DNA of 64,000 nucleotides, taken from positions 31,403 through 95,402 of IMG/VR virus record IMGVR_UViG_3300009788_000096. The stretch is one strand, 5' to 3'. The notes beneath the pieces were generated by a model. The model was not told the origin of the DNA. It did no database searches and saw only the letters and a list, made by a program, of their open reading frames with translations. Made by a program: the position numbers and the translations under genes. The stretch is from a virus. Positions 55,757 through 64,000 of this stretch are shown in pieces (positions within the stretch are counted from its first letter, which is position 1; every line of letters starts with the position of its first letter).

Positions 55757-56554
55757 TTACCGATCCTCCTCTTCCACCCCAACTACAGGCATCAGTGCCC
55801 ATGCAGTTGACTTACGAGTTATCATGGTTGGTTTCTTTTTAGCGAAGCGCATGACCGGCGGATCTTCGGCGTCATATTCAATAACATTGAAGATATGGGC
55901 TAAATGCTCGCCATTGAGTTTAAAGCCAAAAGCCTTTTTGGATTTACCCTTGACTTTAGCTTTACTTTTTAATCGGAGCTGGTGATCGTTCTCCCCTCCG
56001 CATACAACGGTGATGTATTTTTTTCCGTCGAATTCGATCGTGATATCCTTGTCTTTAAGCATACCGATGTAGCTGAGAAAGTCTTTGATAATTTTCTCCG
56101 AGATGATAACCTTATACTTCATAAGGCCAGATAACTTTTTCAGGGGATCGACGGGCTTATCAACATCATCATCGTCTATCAGACGGGTGGCTATGAGCTC
56201 CGGGTCTGTGAGAAGATAGTTCAACTTCCGTTGTCCATCTATCCGCTTGATGTTCATCTGGCGGGAAGTATTTTTCACATTCATCTTTTTATCATTGTTC
56301 ATGGACAAGAATTTGATAAGCAATTCCAGATTGCCAAGTCCAAAAGATCCACTAATTGATTTACTTGTGATCTTGGATTTGGTTATAACCATTAAGCTAT
56401 TGGTAATATCGACGGCCTCAATACTGCCCTGGCCGGCCGAAATATCCAATACGCACTCTTCCATAACCCCTGCAAGGTGACAATCTTTTAACATCCCTAA
56501 CAGGAGGGAAGTAAAGATAACGGAGTCACTGGATTTCTTTTTTTTCTTGGACAT
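55757..56554 (-). CDS. Putative sliding clamp (gp45/PCNA/beta-like)
   Basis: About 265 aa, two-domain alpha/beta pattern, FGLGNL..LIKFL and C-terminal ALMPV; upstream of the clamp loader. Confidence 0.55.
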   Translation of the reverse strand: MSKKKKKSSDSVIFTSLLLGMLKDCHLAGVMEECVLDISAGQGSIEAVDITNSLMVITKSKITSKSISGSFGLGNLELLIKFLSMNNDKKMNVKNTSRQMNIKRIDGQRKLNYLLTDPELIATRLIDDDDVDKPVDPLKKLSGLMKYKVIISEKIIKDFLSYIGMLKDKDITIEFDGKKYITVVCGGENDHQLRLKSKAKVKGKSKKAFGFKLNGEHLAHIFNVIEYDAEDPPVMRFAKKKPTMITRKSTAWALMPVVGVEEEDR

Positions 56555-56576
56555 ATTGGCACCTCTTTTTAGAGTC

Positions 56577-56631
56577 AAAAAAAAAGCGACAGCGAGCAAT
56601 CCCAATGAAGGGAAAGATCGCTGTCACTTTT
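56577..56631 (-). terminator. Intrinsic terminator
   Basis: Minus strand GTGACAGCGA...TCGCTGTCGC followed by 9 U. Confidence 0.65.
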
Positions 56632-56680
56632 ATGATTAAGGCTTAATCATCCTCGATTTCCTTTTTACCGTTAAAGGGTT

Positions 56681-57577
56681 TTAATCGTCATCATCTTCTT
56701 CGGCAACAAAGGATATTTCGCCAGTGGCTTCCTCGCCGGTAAACGCGATGTTGATGGGGACGGCCTTGCTGACTTTACGAATCAAAGTTCGGAGGGACAG
56801 GTTGACCATTTTGTCCCACTTTTTGCCCTTTTTCTTTCCGATCTTTTTGGCAATGTCTTTCACCGTGGCTTCGCCGTCGCCGGCTTCAACGATGTCGTAG
56901 ATGTCAGCAGAGACAGAACCAGAGCGGATGCCGGAAGGATATTTTTTCTTTTCATCCTTGGCCTTTTTGGCCTTGGCTTTTTTGGCTTTGGCCTTTTTCG
57001 CTTTGGCCTTTTTCGCTTTGGCCTTTTTCTTCGCCGATGCCGAATCATCTTCATCGTCGTCATCATCGTCGTCATCATCATCGTCGTCATCATCGTCGTC
57101 ATCATCATCGTCATCGTCGTCATCGTCGTCGTCGTCTTCGTCGTCGTCGTCCGAATCATCGTCATCATCGTCATCATCCGAATCATCGTCGTCGTCTTCG
57201 TCGTCGTCGTCGGCATCATCATCATCGTCGTCGTCCTCATCGTCCTTCTTCTTCTTCTTGGACTTTTTGGACTTCTTCGACTTTTTGGCGACCTTTTTCT
57301 TTTTCTTTTTCTTCTTCTTTTTATCGTCGCCGTCGTCGATGAGTGACTCGTAGAAGTCAACGGTTGCTTCCGGCACGTTGTCGATGTTGCCGTCGTCGTC
57401 GATCTCTTCGATGGCCTGGATAAAGTCTTCCTGAATGGCCTTGACTTTGCCCTTGGTTTCGATGTCGTCTTCCGTTAAGTCCAGTTTATTCACTGCCTTG
57501 CAGTGTTTCACCAGAACTTTTTTGTCGACAACAACTTTGCTCTTACCAGCTTTCTTTTTCGACTTCTTTTTCGCCAT
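56681..57577 (-). CDS. Block-charged (poly-Lys / poly-Asp / AKKAK) protein with C-terminal wHTH-like domain
   Basis: Own promoter and terminator; GAY tract at about 57045-57245; 15-bp AKKAK repeats. Confidence 0.75.
   Translation of the reverse strand: MAKKKSKKKAGKSKVVVDKKVLVKHCKAVNKLDLTEDDIETKGKVKAIQEDFIQAIEEIDDDGNIDNVPEATVDFYESLIDDGDDKKKKKKKKKKVAKKSKKSKKSKKKKKDDEDDDDDDDADDDDEDDDDDSDDDDDDDDSDDDDEDDDDDDDDDDDDDDDDDDDDDDDDDDDDEDDSASAKKKAKAKKAKAKKAKAKKAKAKKAKDEKKKYPSGIRSGSVSADIYDIVEAGDGEATVKDIAKKIGKKKGKKWDKMVNLSLRTLIRKVSKAVPINIAFTGEEATGEISFVAEEDDDD
57045..57245 (-). repeat. GAY (poly-Asp) trinucleotide tract
   Basis: About 200 nt of mostly mixed GAT/GAC codons. Confidence 0.9.
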
Positions 57578-57665
57578 GATACAGTTCCTCCTATTAAATA
57601 GGTTGGGATATTAAGGCGCTTCCACGCCAGTTAAAGGCAATCAAAATGATTACCAAGCTATATTC

Positions 57666-57694
57666 ATTATACATCGTTTTATAGTTGTTTCCAA
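57666..57694 (-). promoter_or_regulatory. Promoter TTGGAA-17-TATAAT containing the ATAAAACG motif
   Basis: Minus strand TTGGAA-acaactataaaacgatg-TATAAT. Confidence 0.65.
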
Positions 57695-57698
57695 TTTT

Positions 57699-59369
57699 TT
57701 ATTTAATATCTTCATCATCAATACTTTCATGTTTTTCGAGTTGATAACATCGTGGCCAATCAAGACCGTATGGCCACCATGCCGCGTCCAGCACGGGTTC
57801 AGCAGTCGCTAAACGTTGAGTTACCATAACTTGACGCATGGGAGCGAAATCAGCATGTCTATGATATAATGTGGAAAGTCGTATTAAGCCGAGATTCATT
57901 TCTGCTTCGGTCTGATTAATAGCGATTCTTACATCTAAATGACTGTCTTTTGTTTTACTCTCACTCGTGGACATTTGATCTAACTTATATGATGTTCTAC
58001 CGCCTTTGGTGGCTTGATCGGCATTTAGCACAAGACAATCTAACTCACCGGCTAAACGACTGGCATTACGCCATTTGCGGTCAATGTCGATGCGAGTTTG
58101 TAAGTCACCTCTTTCTTCAAGTAAAATATCAAGATAATCGAAAATAATCATATCGGGCATCCATTTATACTTTTCGATATATCTCATTATAAAGGCATAC
58201 GAATCTTCAAACGAAACGCTGCCACGCGGAAAACACTTTACTCGTAAGTTTTTTATCTTTAGGAATCTGTTTTCTTTTAATGATCGTTTGACACTCGTTC
58301 TGGTGATCTTGCGAAACCGCTCGTTCTCAAACCAGATCGCAGGAACCCACTTCTTGTCCAATCTCCGGTACTTCATCCGTTTCATGTTATTCCTACATTC
58401 AGTGCAGGGAGTCCACTTCTTCGCATACTTGTTATATGATACAGTATCCGGCTGCGCCTGTTGAACTTTCCCTTTTGCAATTAAAGGCTTTTTGTTAAGG
58501 GGTTTTCTAACAGCACAGGTTCCACACTGGTTGTTTCCACAATCGAAAATAGGATAGATAACATTTTTAGGAGCATTTGGATTTCGGGTTTGACTTATAC
58601 CTCTGTATAAACGATTATCAACAAGCTTTCTATTTAGCTCGTAGTTAAGCCATAAAACTTTTTTCTTATGAATCATTGCTGTTTGGATAGCTATTTCTTC
58701 AAGTACATGTGACTTGCCACTTTTCTCAACACCTGAGATAGCAACAAGCCAAGTCCGTTCAAGGGGTTGAACCAAGGCATTTAATTCAGGTTGGATAAAG
58801 CGAAACACTTCTTCGTTTTTCTTGCGCTTTACAAAATGTTCCTTAACTTCTTCAACGGTGAAGGGTTTAAAAACTCCCATTTCCTCTTCTTCAACTTCTG
58901 TATGCATTCTCTCATGCTTGCTAATTAAATCTTCTGCTTTCTCTGGATCATCTTCATCGAGAGAATCTTGTGCTTTATCCACAAGTATCTGGATTTCACG
59001 CTGTCGTATGAAGTTAAGTATGATTTCATTTTTTATGTATTCAGTTGAAAAAGAGGCATCTTCCTGATAAGCGGAAAACTCTTCTGCGAGGCGATCTAAG
59101 TATTCTTCAATTAAGTCAGCAGACTTTCCAAGCATTTTCTTTTTCTTTTGGAAAATCCTTTGGATAGTCCACTTAGGAGCTTTTTGATAATCAGCATAAT
59201 ATTTGATAAGCCAGCGGACGACCGGACGATAAGAGTCCGCGAAATGTCTTGTTTTAAGTTTGCCTTTTTTATATTGGGAATAACCGTATGATAGGATATC
59301 GGTATCCATTATCATATAGCCCAATACCAAATACTCGTCACCAACTTTAACGCTTTCCCGCTTAATCAT
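57699..59369 (-). CDS. dnaB: DnaB-like replicative helicase with Cys-rich insertion
   Basis: ISGVEKSGKS, LNYEL, PDMIIFDYLDIL, NADQA, SESKTK..H.D. Confidence 0.8.
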   Translation of the reverse strand: MIKRESVKVGDEYLVLGYMIMDTDILSYGYSQYKKGKLKTRHFADSYRPVVRWLIKYYADYQKAPKWTIQRIFQKKKKMLGKSADLIEEYLDRLAEEFSAYQEDASFSTEYIKNEIILNFIRQREIQILVDKAQDSLDEDDPEKAEDLISKHERMHTEVEEEEMGVFKPFTVEEVKEHFVKRKKNEEVFRFIQPELNALVQPLERTWLVAISGVEKSGKSHVLEEIAIQTAMIHKKKVLWLNYELNRKLVDNRLYRGISQTRNPNAPKNVIYPIFDCGNNQCGTCAVRKPLNKKPLIAKGKVQQAQPDTVSYNKYAKKWTPCTECRNNMKRMKYRRLDKKWVPAIWFENERFRKITRTSVKRSLKENRFLKIKNLRVKCFPRGSVSFEDSYAFIMRYIEKYKWMPDMIIFDYLDILLEERGDLQTRIDIDRKWRNASRLAGELDCLVLNADQATKGGRTSYKLDQMSTSESKTKDSHLDVRIAINQTEAEMNLGLIRLSTLYHRHADFAPMRQVMVTQRLATAEPVLDAAWWPYGLDWPRCYQLEKHESIDDEDIK

Positions 59370-59391
59370 TCTCAGCTCCGTCTCAGGTCAA

Positions 59392-60279
59392 CTAAATTTT
59401 GGTTATGTAATTTGTACTTGATATGACATTTTCTTTTACTAACTGATTTGGAATGTCGTGATTCCAAAATTTTTTATTCCCAATGTATGAAGCACTCGGA
59501 TTAAATCTTTTGTTATTTTTCCAATCTTTCAAAATGTCCTCTACCGTGCCCATCAAAGGAGCCGGTCCACAATACTTCTCATTTTTCTTACAAAGCTTAA
59601 GTAAATTTTTAGTTGCTTCACGGAATGCTTGCATATCCCTGCCATCCGGCTCTTCGCCAGAATATTGGATCCAAGCTTCCTGAAATAGTTTTGTTAATTT
59701 CGGGTCTTTGTCTACAAGTGAAAAATTCCTGCGAACCCAATCTTCGCCAGCAACAAATTCTTTAAACCAGCTATCAACCTTGGCTTTGGCAACAAAGGCA
59801 TCGTGCTTTTTATCCCTGTCCGTATATTCCAAAAAAGATGAAAGTGAAATATTGTTTGAACGGAAATGATAGTAATGTCGAAACCATTTAGAAGTAAAGA
59901 CTTCATGTCCTAATTCTATCGCTGCTCGAATTTCAAGCGATTTAAAACCTTCACTCATAAATCTTTCAAGTTTGGATAAAGCTGAAATAACTGTTTTGGA
60001 TTTGACTTGTTTGTGAGTTGTAAATGGATGGCCGAAAGTATTCCACTTGGCAAGTAGTTTTTTTGAAAAATCAGAAAAACCGCTTTCCTTAATTGGAGTA
60101 TGACTTCTTGAAGAGCGAATGGTTTCCTTGTGGCGATAAAGTGTTATTCGCCGGGATATTGTAAGAGAAGCATTTGGTAAGTATGTATCAACCTCAATTT
60201 GAGATAATGTTTTTAATTGTTTTGGTGAATAAACTTTTTTGACTTCAACGTGTTGATAATACGATTTGCTTCTTTTCAT
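59392..60279 (-). CDS. Hypothetical replication-associated protein
   Basis: Between primase and helicase; GGAG SD. Confidence 0.55.
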   Translation of the reverse strand: MKRSKSYYQHVEVKKVYSPKQLKTLSQIEVDTYLPNASLTISRRITLYRHKETIRSSRSHTPIKESGFSDFSKKLLAKWNTFGHPFTTHKQVKSKTVISALSKLERFMSEGFKSLEIRAAIELGHEVFTSKWFRHYYHFRSNNISLSSFLEYTDRDKKHDAFVAKAKVDSWFKEFVAGEDWVRRNFSLVDKDPKLTKLFQEAWIQYSGEEPDGRDMQAFREATKNLLKLCKKNEKYCGPAPLMGTVEDILKDWKNNKRFNPSASYIGNKKFWNHDIPNQLVKENVISSTNYITKI

Positions 60280-60458
60280 TCCAATCTCCAAGATTAAAGA
60301 AAAAGTTTTTCAGACTTTTCAAAAAGAATATATTCTATTATCTCTTATCTCTATACTTCGTAAGATATATCGTCCCGTTTTCAAAGGCTAAAACGGTACG
60401 CTTTATACATCCGTTGGTTGAGGAGTAAAGATAAAAATAAAAGGCTTTAGATAGAGTC

Positions 60459-60630
60459 AAAAAAAACCCTTGTGAACTTAGGGAAGACCAACCGACGATT
60501 GCCAGTTGATCTTCAATTGGAGGCCAGGATTACTTCGGGGGAAATCCTGTTTGAAGACTCTCGCCTTCCCTAAATTCACAAAGGTAAAATGTTTTACTTC
60601 CCGAAGTAACGCCTTCAATTTTAAAAACAA
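60459..60630 (-). ncRNA. Structured leader / attenuator-like RNA
   Basis: About 22-bp closing stem (60467-88 with 60563-84), two internal hairpins, 8-U tract and alternative pairings with the 5' segment. Confidence 0.55.
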
Positions 60631-60636
60631 AGCTGA

Positions 60637-60665
60637 AGTATAGTTTAAATAAATCTAAAAAACAA
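60637..60665 (-). promoter_or_regulatory. Sigma70-type promoter TTGTTT-17-TATACT
   Basis: Minus strand TTGTTT-tttagatttatttaaac-TATACT, AT-rich upstream. Confidence 0.55.
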
Positions 60666-60703
60666 GCTTTTTTATCTTTAATAAAAACAGGGGTTTATAT
60701 AAA

Positions 60704-61633
60704 TCACAAGCAGAACCTAAGATCCCTTTTTATCGAATTGACCTGTGACAAAGTCAATTCACCGGGATCGTCTTTTGAAGTCAAAGTCAAAACTTCGACC
60801 CGTTTAACTACTGGTGCCACTACGCGCGCAAACTTCTTTGCTGCCCTTCGCCCTGCTTTGTCAGGCTTGCCATCTTTAAAACTATCAAACATTATATATA
60901 GTTTTCTAATATTCTTTTTCATAATAAGCCGAATTTGTTCTTCCGTGTATTCAATACCAGTCAACCCCATAGCACCATCTCCCATTTTCCAAACATCCAC
61001 AGGACCCTCTAATGCAAAGGCATCTAAGCCAGAAGTAACACTATCATAATTGTAGATAAGTTGTTTGGGAGATATTGGTGCTTCCTCAGGATCGCCGTGG
61101 AGATACGGAGGGTCTTGTTCTCCTGTAATGTCACGCGAAGAAAAACTTATTAAACGGCCACCCTGATAAAACGGGATTATAATTCGAAATTTATATTTTC
61201 CAATTGTATGGACAGATCTTAACTTGTATTTTTGGATTAATTTTTTTGGATTGAAACCTCGCTTTTTTAAATACTTTATATGGAGCTTTGTAAAATTTTT
61301 AGATGACTCTTGAGGCAGGTGGACTTTTAACGTAGATCGCCTGATGAGGGTTTTTTCTACCGTTAACGGAGGTTCGCCCAGGTCTGCCTCAAGAGCCAAA
61401 CTTAATTTTTTGGCATCACGAAAAGAGCATTGAAGTAATTCAATAATGAGAGTAACTATCGGGTGGTATCCGCACTTCCAGCAATTGACTCTCAAATCAT
61501 TATACCTTATTCCATGGTGATTTGAATAGTCTTCGCAAAAAGGACACTGGACATTTATCCAACCCTTACTTACATTTTTTCCAGAAGTCCAATACTCGAT
61601 TCCATACTCGTCGAAAAATTCTTTCAATTCCAT
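60704..61633 (-). CDS. dnaG: DNA primase (Zn finger + TOPRIM)
   Basis: CPFC...CWKC, YLKKRG, RIIIP, SRDIT, EGPVD, MFD..D, DDPG. Confidence 0.9.
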   Translation of the reverse strand: MELKEFFDEYGIEYWTSGKNVSKGWINVQCPFCEDYSNHHGIRYNDLRVNCWKCGYHPIVTLIIELLQCSFRDAKKLSLALEADLGEPPLTVEKTLIRRSTLKVHLPQESSKNFTKLHIKYLKKRGFNPKKLIQKYKLRSVHTIGKYKFRIIIPFYQGGRLISFSSRDITGEQDPPYLHGDPEEAPISPKQLIYNYDSVTSGLDAFALEGPVDVWKMGDGAMGLTGIEYTEEQIRLIMKKNIRKLYIMFDSFKDGKPDKAGRRAAKKFARVVAPVVKRVEVLTLTSKDDPGELTLSQVNSIKRDLRFCL

Positions 61634-61868
61634 TTGCGAAATACCTTTTAACTTTTTGTTTCCAAGTCAACATAGGTTCCACTTCATATTTATCGAAACC
61701 CAGCGGATCCTTGACCACCTTAACATTGAGGGATAATGGTTCATCTGGACTGATATTGTTATTGGCTTTACTTGCAATTATTTCTTTATAAAGCCCTTCC
61801 GGTACCATCCAAATTTTTGTTTGTTTATCTGCATAGTCATAAATTGTAACTGGAATTTGCTTTCCCAT
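61566..61868 (-). CDS. Hypothetical protein
   Basis: SD AAGGTG; overlaps the primase start. Confidence 0.45.
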   Translation of the reverse strand: MGKQIPVTIYDYADKQTKIWMVPEGLYKEIIASKANNNISPDEPLSLNVKVVKDPLGFDKYEVEPMLTWKQKVKRYFANGIERIFRRVWNRVLDFWKKCK

Positions 61869-61869
61869 T

Positions 61870-62148
61870 TTAGTCACCTTTTATAATCTTTTGCACAGTA
61901 TGGTCTAAATTGTTTTTAAACCAATGTTCCTTGTCTCCATAGTAAACATCGCCTGAGTCAAAATTGACTGCGATCTTGATCACATCGCCCAAGGTATTTG
62001 CCGTAATTTTTGCAGGCTTGCCATCTATGATTTCCATTTCGTAGTAAAACTTGCCTGGCATTCTTACCAGTTCCTTTGGAATCAAAGGTGAAAGCGCAGC
62101 AACAGCAATACCACCAAAAACTAATTTGAAAAAATTACGACGATTCAT
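61870..62148 (-). CDS. Small protein with twin-arginine (Tat)-like signal
   Basis: MNRRNFFKLVFGGIAVAAL. Confidence 0.6.
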   Translation of the reverse strand: MNRRNFFKLVFGGIAVAALSPLIPKELVRMPGKFYYEMEIIDGKPAKITANTLGDVIKIAVNFDSGDVYYGDKEHWFKNNLDHTVQKIIKGD

Positions 62149-62359
62149 TCTTCTTCTTCTCCCTATAATAAAATTTACATTCGTGAGCCTTGACTATATG
62201 TTCACGGAATTCACCTAACTCACCGTTATTGCTCATTTCCCATCTTTGTTTATGGCAACCGACGGAGGCACCATATCCGGGAGTTTCGTCGCTATATCCT
62301 TCTTCGCCCATATCAAAATAGAACTGTATGCAAAAAACACAAAGCTTCATTTCATTCAC
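62135..62359 (-). CDS. Small Cys-rich hypothetical protein
   Basis: CVFC...C...C. Confidence 0.5.
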   Translation of the reverse strand: MNEMKLCVFCIQFYFDMGEEGYSDETPGYGASVGCHKQRWEMSNNGELGEFREHIVKAHECKFYYREKKKNESS

Positions 62360-62540
62360 CTTTTAGTTTATTGACTTCAGCGATTATTCTTTTCAACTGT
62401 GTGCTAATTGAGTAATGAATTTCATTTCCCATCGCTGTTGCCCACCAACCGGCCGGATGATTTTTATCGGTGACGATTGGTAATTGAAAAGTTTTAATGA
62501 TTTTGATTACTTCTTCTTTTTCCACTTTCATGTCGTCTCC

Positions 62541-62729
62541 TTACATCCATAATTCTACGAACTCGCCATCGTTGTCTCCGTGTTCTCTTCTCTCTAATTC
62601 ATTTTGAAGAGTATTGCTAACCACGGAGTCAAGAGGAATTTTTTCTAAGAAATGGCGAATTGTTTTCTCTTCCAAATCTTCAAGAGGAAATGAAAGATAT
62701 TTGACTTCATCTTCTATTATTATTTTCAT
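62541..62729 (-). CDS. Hypothetical protein
   Basis: ATGA overlap with the helicase stop. Confidence 0.45.
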   Translation of the reverse strand: MKIIIEDEVKYLSFPLEDLEEKTIRHFLEKIPLDSVVSNTLQNELERREHGDNDGEFVELWM

Positions 62730-64000
62730 TTTAACCATCCTTGTTTTGAATATACTTGGATTCGCATAATGCTGTGTTGTGCAAGAAAGCGATAAGGGTC
62801 AAGGAAGTCAGTCAAACGTATAGTGTCCTTATCTGCTGTCATGCGGAGACCTCTCCCGATAGTCTGGATAACGCCTTTTTCGTCTTTCATTCCGGCAGCG
62901 GCGATAATGTGATTTAACGATGGAATATTAATTCCCTCTTTCCAAACACGCGAACAGATTGCAATATGTAATTTTCCGGACTTCAACCTGTTTTTGACTT
63001 TACTGCGCTTATCGCTTTTAGTACCACCATGAATAAAAGGAGCACTTATCTTTTCCCATTTTAACATCTTTTTAAGTATCTTACCGTGCTTTATCTTCTC
63101 AACAATAATAAGAGTGATATGGCCGAAAGCTAAACTTAGTTTTACTTCTTCTATAATCAATTTGTTTCGGCTTTTATTTCTTACAATACCTCGGTCATAA
63201 AAGCTTGCATAAGTACTGCAATTTTGATTAACCTTGATCTCGTAGGGCACGCCCACAAGGTTTATTTTTGGTTTAGCGATGATTCCAAGCTTGATTCCTT
63301 TTTGAACAGTTAACTCAGCTATGTCCGGTCCAAGTAATCCTTCGTTCACAAGAACCTTTTTCTGAGTGGTTGGCTTAGTCGCTGTAAGGCCATACCTCCG
63401 CGGAGACAAGTTTAATTGAAGTACTTTCCCATATTGACTCTTCAAAGAATTAGCATGGTGCAATTCATCTATAATAGTCACTTCAAAAAAATCAATTAAC
63501 AAGTGATGCCATTTAACATAACTTTGGATCGTGGAAATAAGTATAACCTCATCTTGTTTTAACATTGACTTATGAAACTTATGTCCACCACCCATGGCAT
63601 AAACGTTTTTGAATTTATACTCTTTCAATGTCTCAAGCCATTGCTTAACAAGTTCTGTGGTATGACATAAAATTAAATGTCTACAATCTGGAAACATAGA
63701 AATAATACCACAACCGATAATTGTTTTACCAGAACCTGTAGGGAAGACAATCCGCCCACGATGTTTCCTTTTAACCTTATTTAATACTTCAAGTTGGTCA
63801 GGACGGAAAGTGATTCCTTTTAAATTTGGCTTAGCAATAGGTTCTATCTTTTCCAATTCGCCTTGTATGATTAATCTTCCATTTCCATTTTGTCTAAAAT
63901 ACTTCTTGACTCGTGGTAACAGACCTGTTAAGAATTTTCCGCTTGAGCCTGTGTAGCCAGTTATAAGCGACTGCTCTACGAGTGTCTGCTGCATACCATA
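62726..64000 (-). CDS. SF2 DNA helicase (UvsW-like), 5'-truncated by window edge
   Basis: RPDQ, PTGSGKT, IIDELHH, GLTAT, EGINIP, QTIGRGLR. Confidence 0.9.
   Translation of the reverse strand, partial: YGMQQTLVEQSLITGYTGSSGKFLTGLLPRVKKYFRQNGNGRLIIQGELEKIEPIAKPNLKGITFRPDQLEVLNKVKRKHRGRIVFPTGSGKTIIGCGIISMFPDCRHLILCHTTELVKQWLETLKEYKFKNVYAMGGGHKFHKSMLKQDEVILISTIQSYVKWHHLLIDFFEVTIIDELHHANSLKSQYGKVLQLNLSPRRYGLTATKPTTQKKVLVNEGLLGPDIAELTVQKGIKLGIIAKPKINLVGVPYEIKVNQNCSTYASFYDRGIVRNKSRNKLIIEEVKLSLAFGHITLIIVEKIKHGKILKKMLKWEKISAPFIHGGTKSDKRSKVKNRLKSGKLHIAICSRVWKEGINIPSLNHIIAAAGMKDEKGVIQTIGRGLRMTADKDTIRLTDFLDPYRFLAQHSIMRIQVYSKQGWLK

Noticed and set aside
58325-58560. Intein in DnaB (or DnaE)
   Set aside because: The insert is short and lacks the C-terminal HN-[CST] splice junction and homing endonuclease motifs; DnaE motifs appear contiguous.
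60480-60570. tRNA-Sec (GGAAG...CTTCAAA...CTTCC resemblance)
   Set aside because: No D or T arm geometry, no TTCRA loop and no CCA; better explained as a leader RNA.
1-64000. Stop-codon reassignment
   Set aside because: Conserved genes are full length in the standard code, TAA, TAG and TGA all end genes at coupled junctions, and the tRNA is not a suppressor.

Overview
A 64-kb segment of a large tailed dsDNA phage genome (standard genetic code) with two convergent arms meeting at about 26.95 kb. The + arm (1-26942) is the late region. It holds a truncated tape measure gene, a GTA/YuA-type siphoviral tail-tip module (distal tail, BR0599 hub, NlpC/P60, central tail protein), lectin/SPRY fibre proteins, a putative lysis cassette, further probable virion proteins, and a glycan-tailoring cluster (GT4, GT9-methyltransferase, methyltransferase, two sulfotransferase-like proteins, and a GT-A enzyme with ppGalNAc-T/GT27-like motifs). 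The - arm (26965-64000) is the early/DNA-metabolism region. It holds many small ORFs, a tRNA-Ile(UAU), a Holliday resolvase, split SbcC with SbcD, a 5'-3' exonuclease, RecA/UvsX, a gp32-like SSB, UvsY, DnaE fused to a family-4 UDG, four radical-SAM and two TAGT-like glycosyltransferase genes, clamp loader, clamp, DnaB, primase and an SF2 helicase. The strongest candidate for a new system is a set of 12 poly-Thr tracts in seven late ORFs (six of them C-terminal tags) lying directly upstream of a ppGalNAc-T-like transferase and glycan-modifying enzymes. This suggests a phage-encoded, tag-directed mucin-type O-glycosylation and sulfation system for the virion. Other candidates are a recurrent terminal R-x-IKRR tag on recombination proteins that may pair with poly-Asp scaffold proteins, an O2-independent DNA hypermodification locus, and several structured ncRNA candidates. 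All product calls come from motif recognition by eye; no database searches were run.
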